A stretch of 64,000 nucleotides of DNA from an uncultured Candidatus Binatia bacterium (GTDB lineage Bacteria > Desulfobacterota > Binatia > Bin18), in NCBI GenBank assembly GCA_965200965.1, contig OZ241744.1:2080001-2144000 (forward strand), read 5' to 3'. Positions 29,995 to 39,750 of the stretch are shown piece after piece. Positions within the stretch are counted from its first letter, which is position 1; every line of letters begins with the position of its first letter. The position numbers were made by a program, and so were the translations under genes. Under the pieces are notes generated by a model. The model made no database searches. It had not been told where the DNA came from and was given only the letters and a program-made list of their open reading frames with translations.

Positions 29995-30761
29995 TGCGAA
30001 ACGATCGGTTCCAGGTCTGCATAGACACAGGTCCCGCCGGGCGGGCGCGGAACCGGCCGCCCCGGGCGGGCCCTGATGGGTGTACCGAACATTGGGCCAT
30101 CAAGCACACAGGTATGGAACTCGCCGTTTTCGCCCAGGGGGTCAACCCCGGACGGCAGGTCGGCGAGGAAGTCGCGGTCGAACCAGCGGCCGGCGAACCT
30201 GGCGTCAAGCCGGTCGGTGTCCACCACGGTCACAATAGCGCGCAGGCCGGCGGCGACCATCCGCTCGGCTAAGGCCGCGGTCGGCTCGCCCCAGATGGGG
30301 AAAATCGGCCTGAACCCGCTCCCCTGGAACTGCGCTTGGCGGTACTCACGGATGTCGTCCAGGAACAGGTCGCCGAAGGCCAGCGTTGTCGCACCACGGT
30401 CAGCCGGCAGGCCGCGCACGCGGTCGAGAAAAACGCGCATCGCTCCCTCATAGGCCCCGTTCGGGCAGGGGGACGGGAGGGGGATTTCGTACACCGGCAG
30501 CTTGAGACGCCGGGCCTGGAGGCGCAGGACCGACAGGGGAGTGGCCTGAACCGCCACCCGGCCGAGTGTGGGGTTCACCGTGGTAAAAATGCCGCGCACA
30601 TCGTAAGCGTCGGGCTGCGAGCGCAGCGTGTGCAACGCCCAGGCCGCGTCCTTGCCCGAGGACCAGGAGACAAGCACCGGGAGGGGGTTTGGGTCTGGCA
30701 TGAACATCCTCGTCGATTTGCCGGTTTTGGACGGGGCGTACCAGGAGGCATCAGAGGGCAC
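29991..30761 (-). CDS. PP-loop ATPase (diphthamide synthase/Dph6-like)
   Basis: SWSSGKD, FGDLFLDDIREYR and DPLGENGEFHT motifs; start may be 30707. Confidence 0.88.
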   Translation of the reverse strand: MPSDASWYAPSKTGKSTRMFMPDPNPLPVLVSWSSGKDAAWALHTLRSQPDAYDVRGIFTTVNPTLGRVAVQATPLSVLRLQARRLKLPVYEIPLPSPCPNGAYEGAMRVFLDRVRGLPADRGATTLAFGDLFLDDIREYRQAQFQGSGFRPIFPIWGEPTAALAERMVAAGLRAIVTVVDTDRLDARFAGRWFDRDFLADLPSGVDPLGENGEFHTCVLDGPMFGTPIRARPGRPVPRPPGGTCVYADLEPIVSH

Positions 30762-30764
30762 GCC

Positions 30765-31082
30765 CTAGAGCAGCTTGACCAGGGCGACAATCAACCCGCT
30801 CTGCGCAATCAGAGCGCCGAACAGCCATTTCAGCAGGTCGGACTTGAGGGCTTCGACATTCGCCCTGGTTTCCTGCCGCAGCGCCTCAATACTGGTTCCG
30901 GTCTCTTGCCGCAGGGCTTCGATATTCCGCTGGATGAGCGCAATATCGGCCTTGGTCGCCAAGTTGCCGTCAAGCAACTTGATCTGCTCAATAGCCAGGG
31001 CTTCGGCCTGTTTTTCGGTAAAGCCGTTCTCCGTCAGGTGTTTGACAAACCTGTGGGTGTCAAAGGCCAGGGCTTCACTCAT
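30765..31082 (-). CDS. DUF1640/CCDC90-like coiled-coil membrane-anchored protein
   Basis: FDTHRFVKHL..GFTEKQAEAL...LATKAD; repeated IEALRQET; C-terminal TM LLKWLFG. Confidence 0.85.
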   Translation of the reverse strand: MSEALAFDTHRFVKHLTENGFTEKQAEALAIEQIKLLDGNLATKADIALIQRNIEALRQETGTSIEALRQETRANVEALKSDLLKWLFGALIAQSGLIVALVKLL

Positions 31083-31454
31083 GGGGAAATTCTAATTGAC
31101 CGCCTCCCCGGCTGCAAGCTCGCGTGTGAACGGCTGCTGTCGCTGTCATGGCCTGATGACACGCAGTCTGAAATCGGGCGTCGCGTCCATGCAGGCAGTG
31201 ATCCCTACCCCTCCAGCGGCACTTGAGGTCTGTACCGGGGGTGAAAGCTGTGGTATTCCAGATGGCTGCACCTTTTCACAATGTAGTGAACGCTCCCCTC
31301 AGGTTGGGGATGGGCGTTCATGTACACGCGACATTCAAGAGAAGACCGTGCCGGAACGGCCGGTGGCCGAATCCAGCAGCGCCCGGAATCCAGAATCCCG
31401 GGCTCAGCGGAATGATACACTGGCCCAAGGCCGCGACAGGTCCTGGTTTTCCGG

Positions 31455-32246
31455 TTGAGGCGCGGAACCGGCGTGCTGTTTCTGCTAGGTAAAATCCTCA
31501 CCCCGCTCGTCCTGCCGCTCGGGCTTGCCCTTGGCGCGGGATTGCTCGCCCTGGCGTCGCTGGCGCGTGGCCGGTCGCGCACCGCAGCCGGGCTGCTGGC
31601 CCTCAGCCTGGTCTGGCTCTGGGGCTGGTCAACACCGCTCGTCAGCGGTGTCCTCAGCAGAACGCTGACCGCCCGCTACCCGCCCCAGCGCGCAGAGGTC
31701 CTGCCGGCCGCGGACGCGATTGTGCTGCTCGGGGGCGGCGTCCACCCAATCACGGGTGATATGGCCTCCCCCGATATGAGAGCCGCCGCGGACCGGGTCT
31801 GGCACGCCGCGCGACTGTATCAGGCCGGCAAGGCACCACTGATCCTTGCTTGCGGCGGGAAGGTGTGGGACAGCCCCAATACTCAACCCGAGGCAGACGC
31901 CATGCATACCCTGCTCAACGCATTCGGCGTACCGGACAGCGCCATCGTCACCGAGAGCGCGAGCCGCAACACCCGGCAGAACGCCGTACTCAGCGCCGGA
32001 CTTGCCGCCGAACGGGGAATCAGACGGGTGTTGCTGGTCACCTCGGGGTGGCACATGCCGCGCTCCGTAGCCACCTTCAGGCGGGTAGGGCTGGACGTGA
32101 TCCCGGCCACGACCGACTCCCCCCGTTTGCCCCCAAGGCCCTGGATTTTCGCAATCATTCCCAGCGTCTACTCCCTGTCAAACAGCTCCCAGGCCCTCAG
32201 GGAACACCTGGGCCTCCTGGTGTACCGTCTGCGCGGCTGGGCCTGA
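31455..32246 (+). CDS. YdcF/ElyC family protein (DUF218)
   Basis: IVLLGGG, SRNTRQNA and LLVTSGWHMPRS motifs; N-terminal TM segments. Confidence 0.9.
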   Translation: MRRGTGVLFLLGKILTPLVLPLGLALGAGLLALASLARGRSRTAAGLLALSLVWLWGWSTPLVSGVLSRTLTARYPPQRAEVLPAADAIVLLGGGVHPITGDMASPDMRAAADRVWHAARLYQAGKAPLILACGGKVWDSPNTQPEADAMHTLLNAFGVPDSAIVTESASRNTRQNAVLSAGLAAERGIRRVLLVTSGWHMPRSVATFRRVGLDVIPATTDSPRLPPRPWIFAIIPSVYSLSNSSQALREHLGLLVYRLRGWA

Positions 32247-32275
32247 GCGTGGCACTCCATGACACCGCCGCCCGC

Positions 32276-32623
32276 TTATGACGGGTTCTCGTAGAAGACA
32301 TACGAGGTCGAATAATCGCTGAACTCGAAGTAGACTTTCGCCTCACCCGCGTCACGCACACCGTTCAGATTCACGTCAAGCACGCCATAGCCAAAGCGGT
32401 ACGGTCGGGGCCGGCTGTCGTCGGTCCCGGTTGCGGTTGAGATCTTGTCAATTTCAAGAAAGCGCTTGACCAGCTTCTCACCGGCATAAATCTCCAGCAC
32501 GCCGTCGGTCCCGGTCCAGTTCTGGACCGCCCGGCCGAACTTGTTCTGGGCCTCCTGGGTACACGACGCGCCGAACAGGGCGAGGCCGGCAAACGCGATA
32601 AGGTTCAGCAGTGCATGTCTCAT
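32276..32623 (-). CDS. Hypothetical lipoprotein
   Basis: Lipobox-like FGASC; GAGGA RBS. Confidence 0.65.
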   Translation of the reverse strand: MRHALLNLIAFAGLALFGASCTQEAQNKFGRAVQNWTGTDGVLEIYAGEKLVKRFLEIDKISTATGTDDSRPRPYRFGYGVLDVNLNGVRDAGEAKVYFEFSDYSTSYVFYENPS

Positions 32624-32752
32624 GGGTCTTCCTCTGGCGGTTCGCCACCAAGTCTAGCCCAAGCCGGCTCGGAAACCAAGACCGCGCGCCCGGAAAATGC
32701 CGCTTGCCCTTGACCCGTCTGAGGCGACAGGGCATATGTCTTTCACCTGGGA

Positions 32753-33649
32753 TTGTCAGACACCGTGGACGAGCTGATTCAAAAAGCCGATACGCTGCTT
32801 GAGGCGCTGCCGTATATGCAGCGCTTCTCCGGGAAGACCCTGGTCATCAAGTATGGCGGCCACGCCATGCAGGACGAAGACCTCAAGCGCCATTTTGCCC
32901 AGGATATCGTGCTGCTCAAATTTGTCGGCATAAATCCGGTGGTCGTCCACGGCGGGGGTCCCCAGATTGAGCGCATGCTGAGCAGGCTGGACATCCGCTC
33001 AACGTTTGTGCGCGGGATGCGTGTCACCGACGCCGCCACCGTGGAAGTGGTGGAGATGGTCCTGGGCAAGCTCAACAAAGACATTGCGACCCAGATCAGT
33101 CGCCAGGGCGGCAGAGCGGTCGGTCTGAGCGGCAAAGACGGGGATATGATTGTGGCCCGCAAGATGTTCGTCACAACGGATGAAGACGGACAGCCGCCCC
33201 AGCGCCGCGATATCGGTCAGGTTGGAGCAGTCGTCGGCGTCAACCCCGAGCTGCTGCACTCCCTGACCACCGCGGATTTCATCCCTGTCATTGCCCCAAT
33301 CGGCAGTGGCCGAGACGGTACGACCTATAATATCAACGCCGATCTTGTCGCCGGAAAAGTCGCCCAGGCCCTCCAGGCCGAAAAGCTCATCCTGCTGACC
33401 GATGTCGAGGGGATTAAAGACCACAGGGGCGAGCTGATCTCCACCCTCGGCAGCGACCGGGCCACGGCCCTGATTGACCAGCGCACCATCAGCGCCGGCA
33501 TGATTCCCAAAGTCGAGTGCTGTCTTGAGGCGCTGCACGGCGGGGTGCGCAAGACCCATGTTATTGACGGCCGCGTCCGCCACGCCCTTCTGCTGGAGGT
33601 GTTTACCAGGGAGGGGGTCGGCACCGAGGTTGTCCGAAGCGGGGGATGA
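32753..33649 (+). CDS. argB: Acetylglutamate kinase
   Basis: IKYGGHAM, VHGGGPQI, YNINAD and GMIPKV motifs. Confidence 0.97.
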   Translation: MSDTVDELIQKADTLLEALPYMQRFSGKTLVIKYGGHAMQDEDLKRHFAQDIVLLKFVGINPVVVHGGGPQIERMLSRLDIRSTFVRGMRVTDAATVEVVEMVLGKLNKDIATQISRQGGRAVGLSGKDGDMIVARKMFVTTDEDGQPPQRRDIGQVGAVVGVNPELLHSLTTADFIPVIAPIGSGRDGTTYNINADLVAGKVAQALQAEKLILLTDVEGIKDHRGELISTLGSDRATALIDQRTISAGMIPKVECCLEALHGGVRKTHVIDGRVRHALLLEVFTREGVGTEVVRSGG

Positions 33650-33678
33650 TCACCTCGCCCGCTGTGCCGGAGGAACAC

Positions 33679-34866
33679 ATGACAAACCAGGACATCATCG
33701 ATCTGAACGCCCACTATCTGTGCCAGACCTACGCCCGTTTTCCGGTCGCCTTTGTCCGCGGTGAGGGCTGCCGGCTGTGGGACGCCAACGGCAAGGAGTA
33801 TCTGGACCTGTTTGCCAGCTTAGCCGTCATGAACCTCGGCCAGTGCCATCCGGCGGTGGTGCGGGCCGTTCAGGAGCAGGTCGCCAGCCTGACCCACATC
33901 TCCAACCTGCACCACACCCTCCCGCAGGCCCGGCTGGCCGAACTGCTGTGTCGCAACTCGTTTGGCGACAAGGTCTTTTTCTGCAACAGCGGGGCTGAAG
34001 CCAATGAGGCGTCGATCAAGCTGGCCCGCAAATACGGCGTGGAGAAACGCGACGGGCGCTACGAGATTCTGACCGTCTTCGGTTCGTTCCACGGGCGGAC
34101 GATGGCCACGATTGCCGCCACCGGTCAGGAAAAAGTCCGCCAGGGCTTCGGCCCGGTGCTGGACGGTTTTCGCTACGTCGCCTATGACGACCTCGAAGCG
34201 ATGGAAGCCGCGGTCTCGGACAAGACGGTCGCGATCCTGGTCGAACCCATTCTGGGTGAAGGCGGGGTCGTGGTCCCCCGACCGGGGTATCTGAAGGGCG
34301 TACGGGACATCTGCGACCGCCACGGCCTGCTGCTGATTGCCGATGAGGTGCAGGTCGGCATCGGTCGCACCGGTATCCTCTTCGCCCATGAGCGCGAGGC
34401 CACCCAGCCGGATATCATGCCCCTGGCCAAAGCCCTGGGCGGCGGCCTGCCTCTCGGCGCGATGGTCGCCCGGGCCGAGGTCGCCGAGCACCTGAACCTG
34501 GGCGCGCACGGCTCAACGTTCGGCGGCAACGCGGTGGCCTGCGCCGCCGGCGTGGCCGTACTGGATACCCTGCTGAACGCCGGCGTACTGGACAACTGCC
34601 GGCAGATGGGCGCGTACTTCCTGGACCAGCTCCACACCCTGCACGACACGTTTTCGTTCATCCGCGAGGTGCGCGGCCACGGGCTGATGCTGGGTGCCGA
34701 ACTGGACCGGGACGGCGCAGACATTGTCAAAGCCTGTCTTGACGAGGGGCTGCTGATTAACTGCGCCGCGGGAACAGTGCTGCGTTTTCTCCCCCCGCTC
34801 ATCATCAGCCGGGCCGAGATTGACGAGGGGCTGACGATTCTGAAGAGGGTGCTCGCCCGGCAATGA
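33679..34866 (+). CDS. argD: Acetylornithine aminotransferase
   Basis: NSGAEANE, SFHGRT, DEVQ, AKALGGG and HGSTFGGN motifs. Confidence 0.95.
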   Translation: MTNQDIIDLNAHYLCQTYARFPVAFVRGEGCRLWDANGKEYLDLFASLAVMNLGQCHPAVVRAVQEQVASLTHISNLHHTLPQARLAELLCRNSFGDKVFFCNSGAEANEASIKLARKYGVEKRDGRYEILTVFGSFHGRTMATIAATGQEKVRQGFGPVLDGFRYVAYDDLEAMEAAVSDKTVAILVEPILGEGGVVVPRPGYLKGVRDICDRHGLLLIADEVQVGIGRTGILFAHEREATQPDIMPLAKALGGGLPLGAMVARAEVAEHLNLGAHGSTFGGNAVACAAGVAVLDTLLNAGVLDNCRQMGAYFLDQLHTLHDTFSFIREVRGHGLMLGAELDRDGADIVKACLDEGLLINCAAGTVLRFLPPLIISRAEIDEGLTILKRVLARQ

Positions 34867-35771
34867 AACGCGATCTGGTCAGCATCAGCGACCTTGAGCC
34901 GGCTGAGCTTGACACGATCTTCTCCCTGGCCCGGCGACTCAAGCGTGACCGCCAGGCCGGGCGGCCGCATCCGCTGCTGAGCGGGAAGACCCTGGCAATG
35001 ATCTTTGAGAAGCCCAGCCTGCGCACCCGGGTGACCTTTGAGGCCGGCATGGTGCAGCTCGGCGGCTATGCGGTGTATCTGGCCCGGTCAGACATCGGCC
35101 TTGGTACGCGCGAATCCCCGACCGACGTGGCCCGCAACCTGTCGCGCTGGGTCGATCTGATTATGGTCCGCACCTTCTCGCACGAGAGTGTGCTCGAACT
35201 CGCCCGCCAGGCGACGATCCCGGTTATCAATGGCCTGTCGGACCGTGTCCACCCGTGTCAGATTCTGGCCGACTGTCTGAGCCTGATCGAACAGCGCGGT
35301 CGGCTCGACGGGCTGCGCATCGCCTTTGTCGGCGACGGCCATAACATCGTCAACTCGTGGCTGAATGCAGCCGCCAAGCTGCCGATTGCCTTTCGGCTGG
35401 CCTGCCCGCCGGGCTATGAGCCGAACGCCGAGGTGCTGGCCGCGGCGCGGCAAGCCGGGGCCGACATCCAGATCAGCCACGCGCTGCACGACGCGGTGGC
35501 CGGGGCCGATGTCGTCTACACCGATGTGTGGACCAGCATGGGTCAGGAACAGGAGCGCGCGGCTCGCCAGCGGGCGTTCAGTCCCTACCAGGTCAACGCC
35601 GACACCCTGGCGCTGGCCAAGCCCGAGGCGCTGGTCATGCACTGCCTGCCGGCCCACCGAGGCCAGGAGATCAGCGCCGAGGTCCTGGACGGCCCGCAGT
35701 CCATCGTCCTTGAGCAGTCCGAAAACCGCCTGCACATCCAGAAAGCCATCATGGTCTGGCTGCTCCAGTAG
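34863..35771 (+). CDS. argF: Ornithine carbamoyltransferase
   Basis: SLRT, HPCQ, DVWTSMG and HCLP motifs. Confidence 0.97.
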   Translation: MKRDLVSISDLEPAELDTIFSLARRLKRDRQAGRPHPLLSGKTLAMIFEKPSLRTRVTFEAGMVQLGGYAVYLARSDIGLGTRESPTDVARNLSRWVDLIMVRTFSHESVLELARQATIPVINGLSDRVHPCQILADCLSLIEQRGRLDGLRIAFVGDGHNIVNSWLNAAAKLPIAFRLACPPGYEPNAEVLAAARQAGADIQISHALHDAVAGADVVYTDVWTSMGQEQERAARQRAFSPYQVNADTLALAKPEALVMHCLPAHRGQEISAEVLDGPQSIVLEQSENRLHIQKAIMVWLLQ

Positions 35772-35782
35772 CCCCCGGTCCG
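35771..35782 (+). repeat. Left 12-bp direct repeat GCCCCCGGTCCG
   Basis: Begins at the last base of the argF stop; identical copy at 40925-40936. Confidence 0.8.
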
Positions 35783-35852
35783 ACAGCACCCGGCACAAAA
35801 CAGCCCGTCTTGCACAGGAAAGCAGTATGCTGATAGATTGGCTTTAAGGATG

Positions 35853-35926
35853 AGGCCCCGGTGGGAATTGAACCCACAATAACCGCTTTGCAACAACGGA
35901 TGCCTTTACCAATGGGCGACGGGGCC
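35853..35926 (-). tRNA. Atypical tRNA-Cys-like gene (expanded anticodon arm; CCA not encoded)
   Basis: GGCCCCG-TC-GCC-CATTGGTAAA-GGC-A-TCCGTTGTTGCAAAGCGGT-TATT-GTGGG-TTCAATT-CCCAC-CGGGGCC-T: perfect acceptor and T stems, GG in D loop, U73, TGCAAA. Confidence 0.75.
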
Positions 35927-35951
35927 AAAACGAAGTACGGCCTGCTGTGTG

Positions 35952-36587
35952 TCAGACAGCGGGCCGTACTGCTAGAAGTTCTCTCTTCTTCTTCGCATAA
36001 ACCCCCAATCGAACCCCTGCTGCCTTCCTTGACATCTCGAACGTTTTGGAAACGACAGTCGGCGATAGCCCCCCTCGCTCTTCAAGGATTGCGAGACCTT
36101 TAGCGGGAGCAAGCAAGGCGGAGGCAAAGGCATCTGCCTGCCATTCCGTATCCCGATACACGGGAAACTTTGGCCAACTGCCACGCATCAACGCCACCAT
36201 CTTCCTATGTGGAATTTCGGCGAGCTTGATGAGCAGGTCGGAGTGTAAAACGATGTGGCCGACCTCGTGCGCAAGAGTAAGACGCGCACGCGGGTTCTTG
36301 TGTTCCAGAGCCGAATATGTCTCCTCAGACAGTGTGACGATTATTTGCCGCTCACTTGGATCATACCGGGTCAGGGCTTCAACCCCGGCAGGTAACGGCT
36401 TGACCTGATAATCAAGCTGCACCCCACATCCAGCGGCGTAGGCATCGAGTTGCTCAAATAACGGTACGCCGGGGAGAGCTTCCGTTGGTTTGTTGACCGG
36501 CAGGAGAGCGGTCCTAGCCAGGGCCGCCGCTTCCTCGATATCCGCGTAACTGCGGGGAGAGGTTGGAAATCCAAGCTGTCTGCTCAC
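35952..36587 (-). CDS. ImmA/IrrE family metallo-endopeptidase
   Basis: RARLTLAHEVGH (HExxH) and EWQADAFASALLAP; GTGA overlap with the XRE gene. Confidence 0.92.
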   Translation of the reverse strand: MSRQLGFPTSPRSYADIEEAAALARTALLPVNKPTEALPGVPLFEQLDAYAAGCGVQLDYQVKPLPAGVEALTRYDPSERQIIVTLSEETYSALEHKNPRARLTLAHEVGHIVLHSDLLIKLAEIPHRKMVALMRGSWPKFPVYRDTEWQADAFASALLAPAKGLAILEERGGLSPTVVSKTFEMSRKAAGVRLGVYAKKKRELLAVRPAV

Positions 36588-36946
36588 TCTTCGATCCTCC
36601 TTTCTTCCCCCTTCAATACGCGCTCGATCTCTTCCAACTTCTCCGGTGACAGGTCTTCCCAGCTTCTCAGCAGCGAAGCTCCGACTTCTCGGTGTTTGGG
36701 CGTTGGTGTAGCTGAAAGCTCATATCTCCCTCTGCTCTGCTCTGCGGCGATGATGACATCAAACGGGTCTTGACCGAGGGCTTTCGCCGCTCTCTCCAAA
36801 ATCTCAACGCGGGGCGGCGGACGGTTGCCACGCTCAATGTCTGAGATGTACGGAATGCTGAGGTCGAGCTTGCGTGCAACATCTCCCATCGTCAGCCCCG
36901 CTTCCTTACGCCAGCGACGAAATTTGTGTCCGAATTCCTGGCTCAT
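36584..36946 (-). CDS. XRE-family helix-turn-helix transcriptional regulator
   Basis: FGHKFRRWRKEAGLTMGDVARKLDLSIPYISDIERGNR; GGAGGAGG RBS. Confidence 0.92.
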   Translation of the reverse strand: MSQEFGHKFRRWRKEAGLTMGDVARKLDLSIPYISDIERGNRPPPRVEILERAAKALGQDPFDVIIAAEQSRGRYELSATPTPKHREVGASLLRSWEDLSPEKLEEIERVLKGEERRIEE

Positions 36947-36994
36947 AGCCTCCTCCCTCCTGTGGGTTATTCCAATCAACGTCTGTCTGAGCCC

Positions 36995-37022
36995 ATATTA
37001 CGCAATTCAGCGGAATTGTCAA
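36995..37022 (-). promoter_or_regulatory. Sigma70-type promoter for the XRE-ImmA-tRNA unit with a candidate operator
   Basis: TTGACA (37022-37017), 16-nt spacer, TAATAT (37000-36995); inverted repeat CAATTC-N4-GAATTG at 37003-37018. Confidence 0.7.
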
Positions 37023-37127
37023 CATGGGTTGCCCCACATGATTTCTCGGTTTATGCTTCTGGGCCCCTCAGACAAGACAAGCTGGGGGAGACACCCGTGC
37101 TTTGGGCGGGAACAATTTCCTAGCCGT

Positions 37128-39677
37128 GTGAGGTTCAAATTGCCTAAAAAGTCCAGAGGAACGACGAAGATTCAGAGCTACGCGGTTGATAAAGCGTCCG
37201 GCCAGCTCATCTCGGCTGGGGCAGAAGAGATCGACGCGACACAACCCCTGCTCGAAATACTCATCAACGAAGCCGGGTGGAAGCCGGCTCAGATTGTTTC
37301 TCGCCCGCGCCAATGGCGAGTGTCAGCTGCACCTTCTGGGAAGCGAATTTGGCCTGTTGACGTTGCCCTCTTCGATGCTCCGACATCCGCGCGTGATCCT
37401 GAACACCTCCGTATCATCTGCGAATGCAAACGGCCTGATGTTGATACAGGAATTGAGCAGCTGAAAATCTATCTTGATCGTGAACCCCACGCGCGGGCTG
37501 GCCTTTGGTTTAACGGTATTGAACACAAGATCGTTTACAAAACTGCTAATGGCTACGATCTCGCACCGGATGGCACACCGATCCCCACACCGACCGATCC
37601 ATTATCTTCTCTTGAGCACCGTGTCCTTACTTTTCCTGACCTGAAGCGTGCTCCTTCCCTAGTCCCTCTCTTTCGCCGTATCCGCGACCGGCTTGCGACC
37701 CTCGATAGAAATGTCAACAGAGACGAAGAGATTTTACCGGATATCTCGTTTCTTCTTCTTCTAAAAATCCGAGATGAGCAGGATCATCGTTTCACTCCAT
37801 CAAAGCCCTTGGCGTTCCAGATTGACGAGAATGTGTCTAGGACCGCGGAAAGAATAAAGGACTTGCTAGAAAATGAAATCAAAAAGAATGCTACGCTGTT
37901 TGGTGCAGAAGAAAGAGAAATTCGGTTTCAAATTGACGACGACAGTATCTATTACATTGTCGAGAATCTTCAAAACTTCCGGCTTCTTAGCAATGATAGC
38001 GACGCAGTAGCTCAGGCGTTCCAAGTTATCAGGGGAAAAGCATACAAGGGAGAAGAAGGGCAATATTTTACTCCCCCTTCTGTCGTTCGGATCGCTGTCG
38101 CAGCGGTATCTCCTGGACCCGAGGACCGCGTGATAGACCCAGCCTGTGGGAGCGGATCTTTTCTCGCAGCTTCTCTTAACAACGTTGTCGAGCGTTTGAA
38201 GGCCCATTATGGAACTGATGCTAGTTCCATCGCCCTTGCCCGGCGGGATTGGTCCACTACTCAACTTTTTGCCATAGACAAGGACGCTGTTTCAGTACGG
38301 CTGTCGAAAGCATACCTTTCAATGCTTGGGGACGGTAGCACTCATGTCTTTAAGGCTGACTCAATTCGCAAATCGGTATGGAGTTCCGCCCTTGATGCTA
38401 CCATTCAAGACGGAGCGTTTACTATCTGTGTCACTAATCCTCCTTTCGGGACAAGACTAAAAGTTCCGAGCCACATTTGTAGGCGGGAAGACTACGAACT
38501 TTCCCGTACTATGAAGCGAAATAAGATGACTGGTAAGTGGCGGCAAACCGGAGAGCACGAATCTCGGGATCTAGGGTTGCTTTTTCTTGAGCGGAGTATT
38601 CGTCTCCTTGCTGAGGGAGGGCAATTGGCCATTGTCCTCCCCGACACTTATCTTTTTTCAGATTCTTATGCGTGGCTTGTCCAATGGCTTGCTCAGTGGA
38701 AAATTACTCATTCTATCAATGTTCCAATTGAAACATTTGAACCACATTGTCGGGCAAAGACGAGCATCATCGTCCTTGAGAAGAACCCACCTCCAAAGAA
38801 TCACACCATTATCGGATCACTTTGCGAGACGTACGGAGAAGATAAGCATGGGAAGTCCCGATATAAAATTGTCAACGGGAGAGTGACCGAGGACATTGAT
38901 GACGAGATGCGGGAAGCCTCGGAGTTGATTCGTGATCCAACAGCACCCGTTTCAAAACTGAAATTCACTTTTTCTCAGAAGGAAGCCGTGGAACGTGGCG
39001 TCCTCGTGGCGTCGTTCTGGTGGAGAAAACCTTATCTTGAAGCCCTGAACGATTTCGCCAAGGCGAACGGTTGCGACCTAGTGCCACTGAGAGAAGCAAT
39101 TGACTGCGCGGACATCGAAATTCTGGAAGGACACGGAAGCCCCAGTTCCCATTACAAAGGAAAGGGAGAAGTTCCGTATGTCAAAGTGGTCGATATTAAG
39201 AATTGGCGTGTCAATGAGAATTCCAAGTATTTTATGCCTCGGCAGATTGCTGAAAGATACACCGCAAAACGTCCTCTCAAGCCCTATGATTTATTGACAC
39301 CCACAAGAGCAAGCAAGAATATCGGCCTTTTTGGCGTCGTTATGCCTTAGCAGACCGATATGATCCTAACACGGGAGATTTTTATCTGGCGATTAAAGGA
39401 TGAAGGAAAACTGCTGGACCGTTGGCTTTTCCTGGCACTTGCCTCATTGAAAGTTGTCCATGAGCAGTTCAAATACTTGGTACTGATGCAAATGAACAGA
39501 GAAGACCTTGGTAATCGGTACAGAGATCTCCTTCTACCCATTCCCAGAACCCCGAAAGCTCGGGAGAAATGGTCCGGGCCAATTCGGCGATATTTTGAAG
39601 CGCTCACACAAGCTCGGAAGACTTACGAGGAGATCGGAAAGGAACTCGACTCTTCAATGTTTGTAGATCGGCCATGA
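37128..39677 (+). pseudogene. Type IIG-like restriction-modification fusion (endonuclease + N6-MTase + target-recognition domain) interrupted by in-frame TAG at 39348-39350
   Basis: VDVALFD...ECK..QL..Y nuclease; GQYFTP, DPACGSGSFL and NPPF MTase; HsdS-like tail continues in the same frame to 39677. Start uncertain. Confidence 0.85.
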
Positions 39678-39750
39678 TAATCTGAATCAGAACTTTCTCT
39701 GTCGAAGAGAATGGCTGCCGTTGAGATACCAAACAGTTCAAGGACCTTGC

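Noticed and set aside
30850-30925. Tandem IEALRQET repeat
   Set aside because: Coiled-coil repeat variation is ordinary in DUF1640-like proteins.
31096-31454. 360-bp gap with several short ORFs; possible ncRNA or gene remnant
   Set aside because: No recognisable protein motif, RBS or convincing RNA structure.
35853-35926. tRNA-like gene as the attachment site or as an amber suppressor for the R-M stop
   Set aside because: No duplicated tRNA 3' fragment was seen at the other end of the cassette, and there is no CUA in the anticodon loop.
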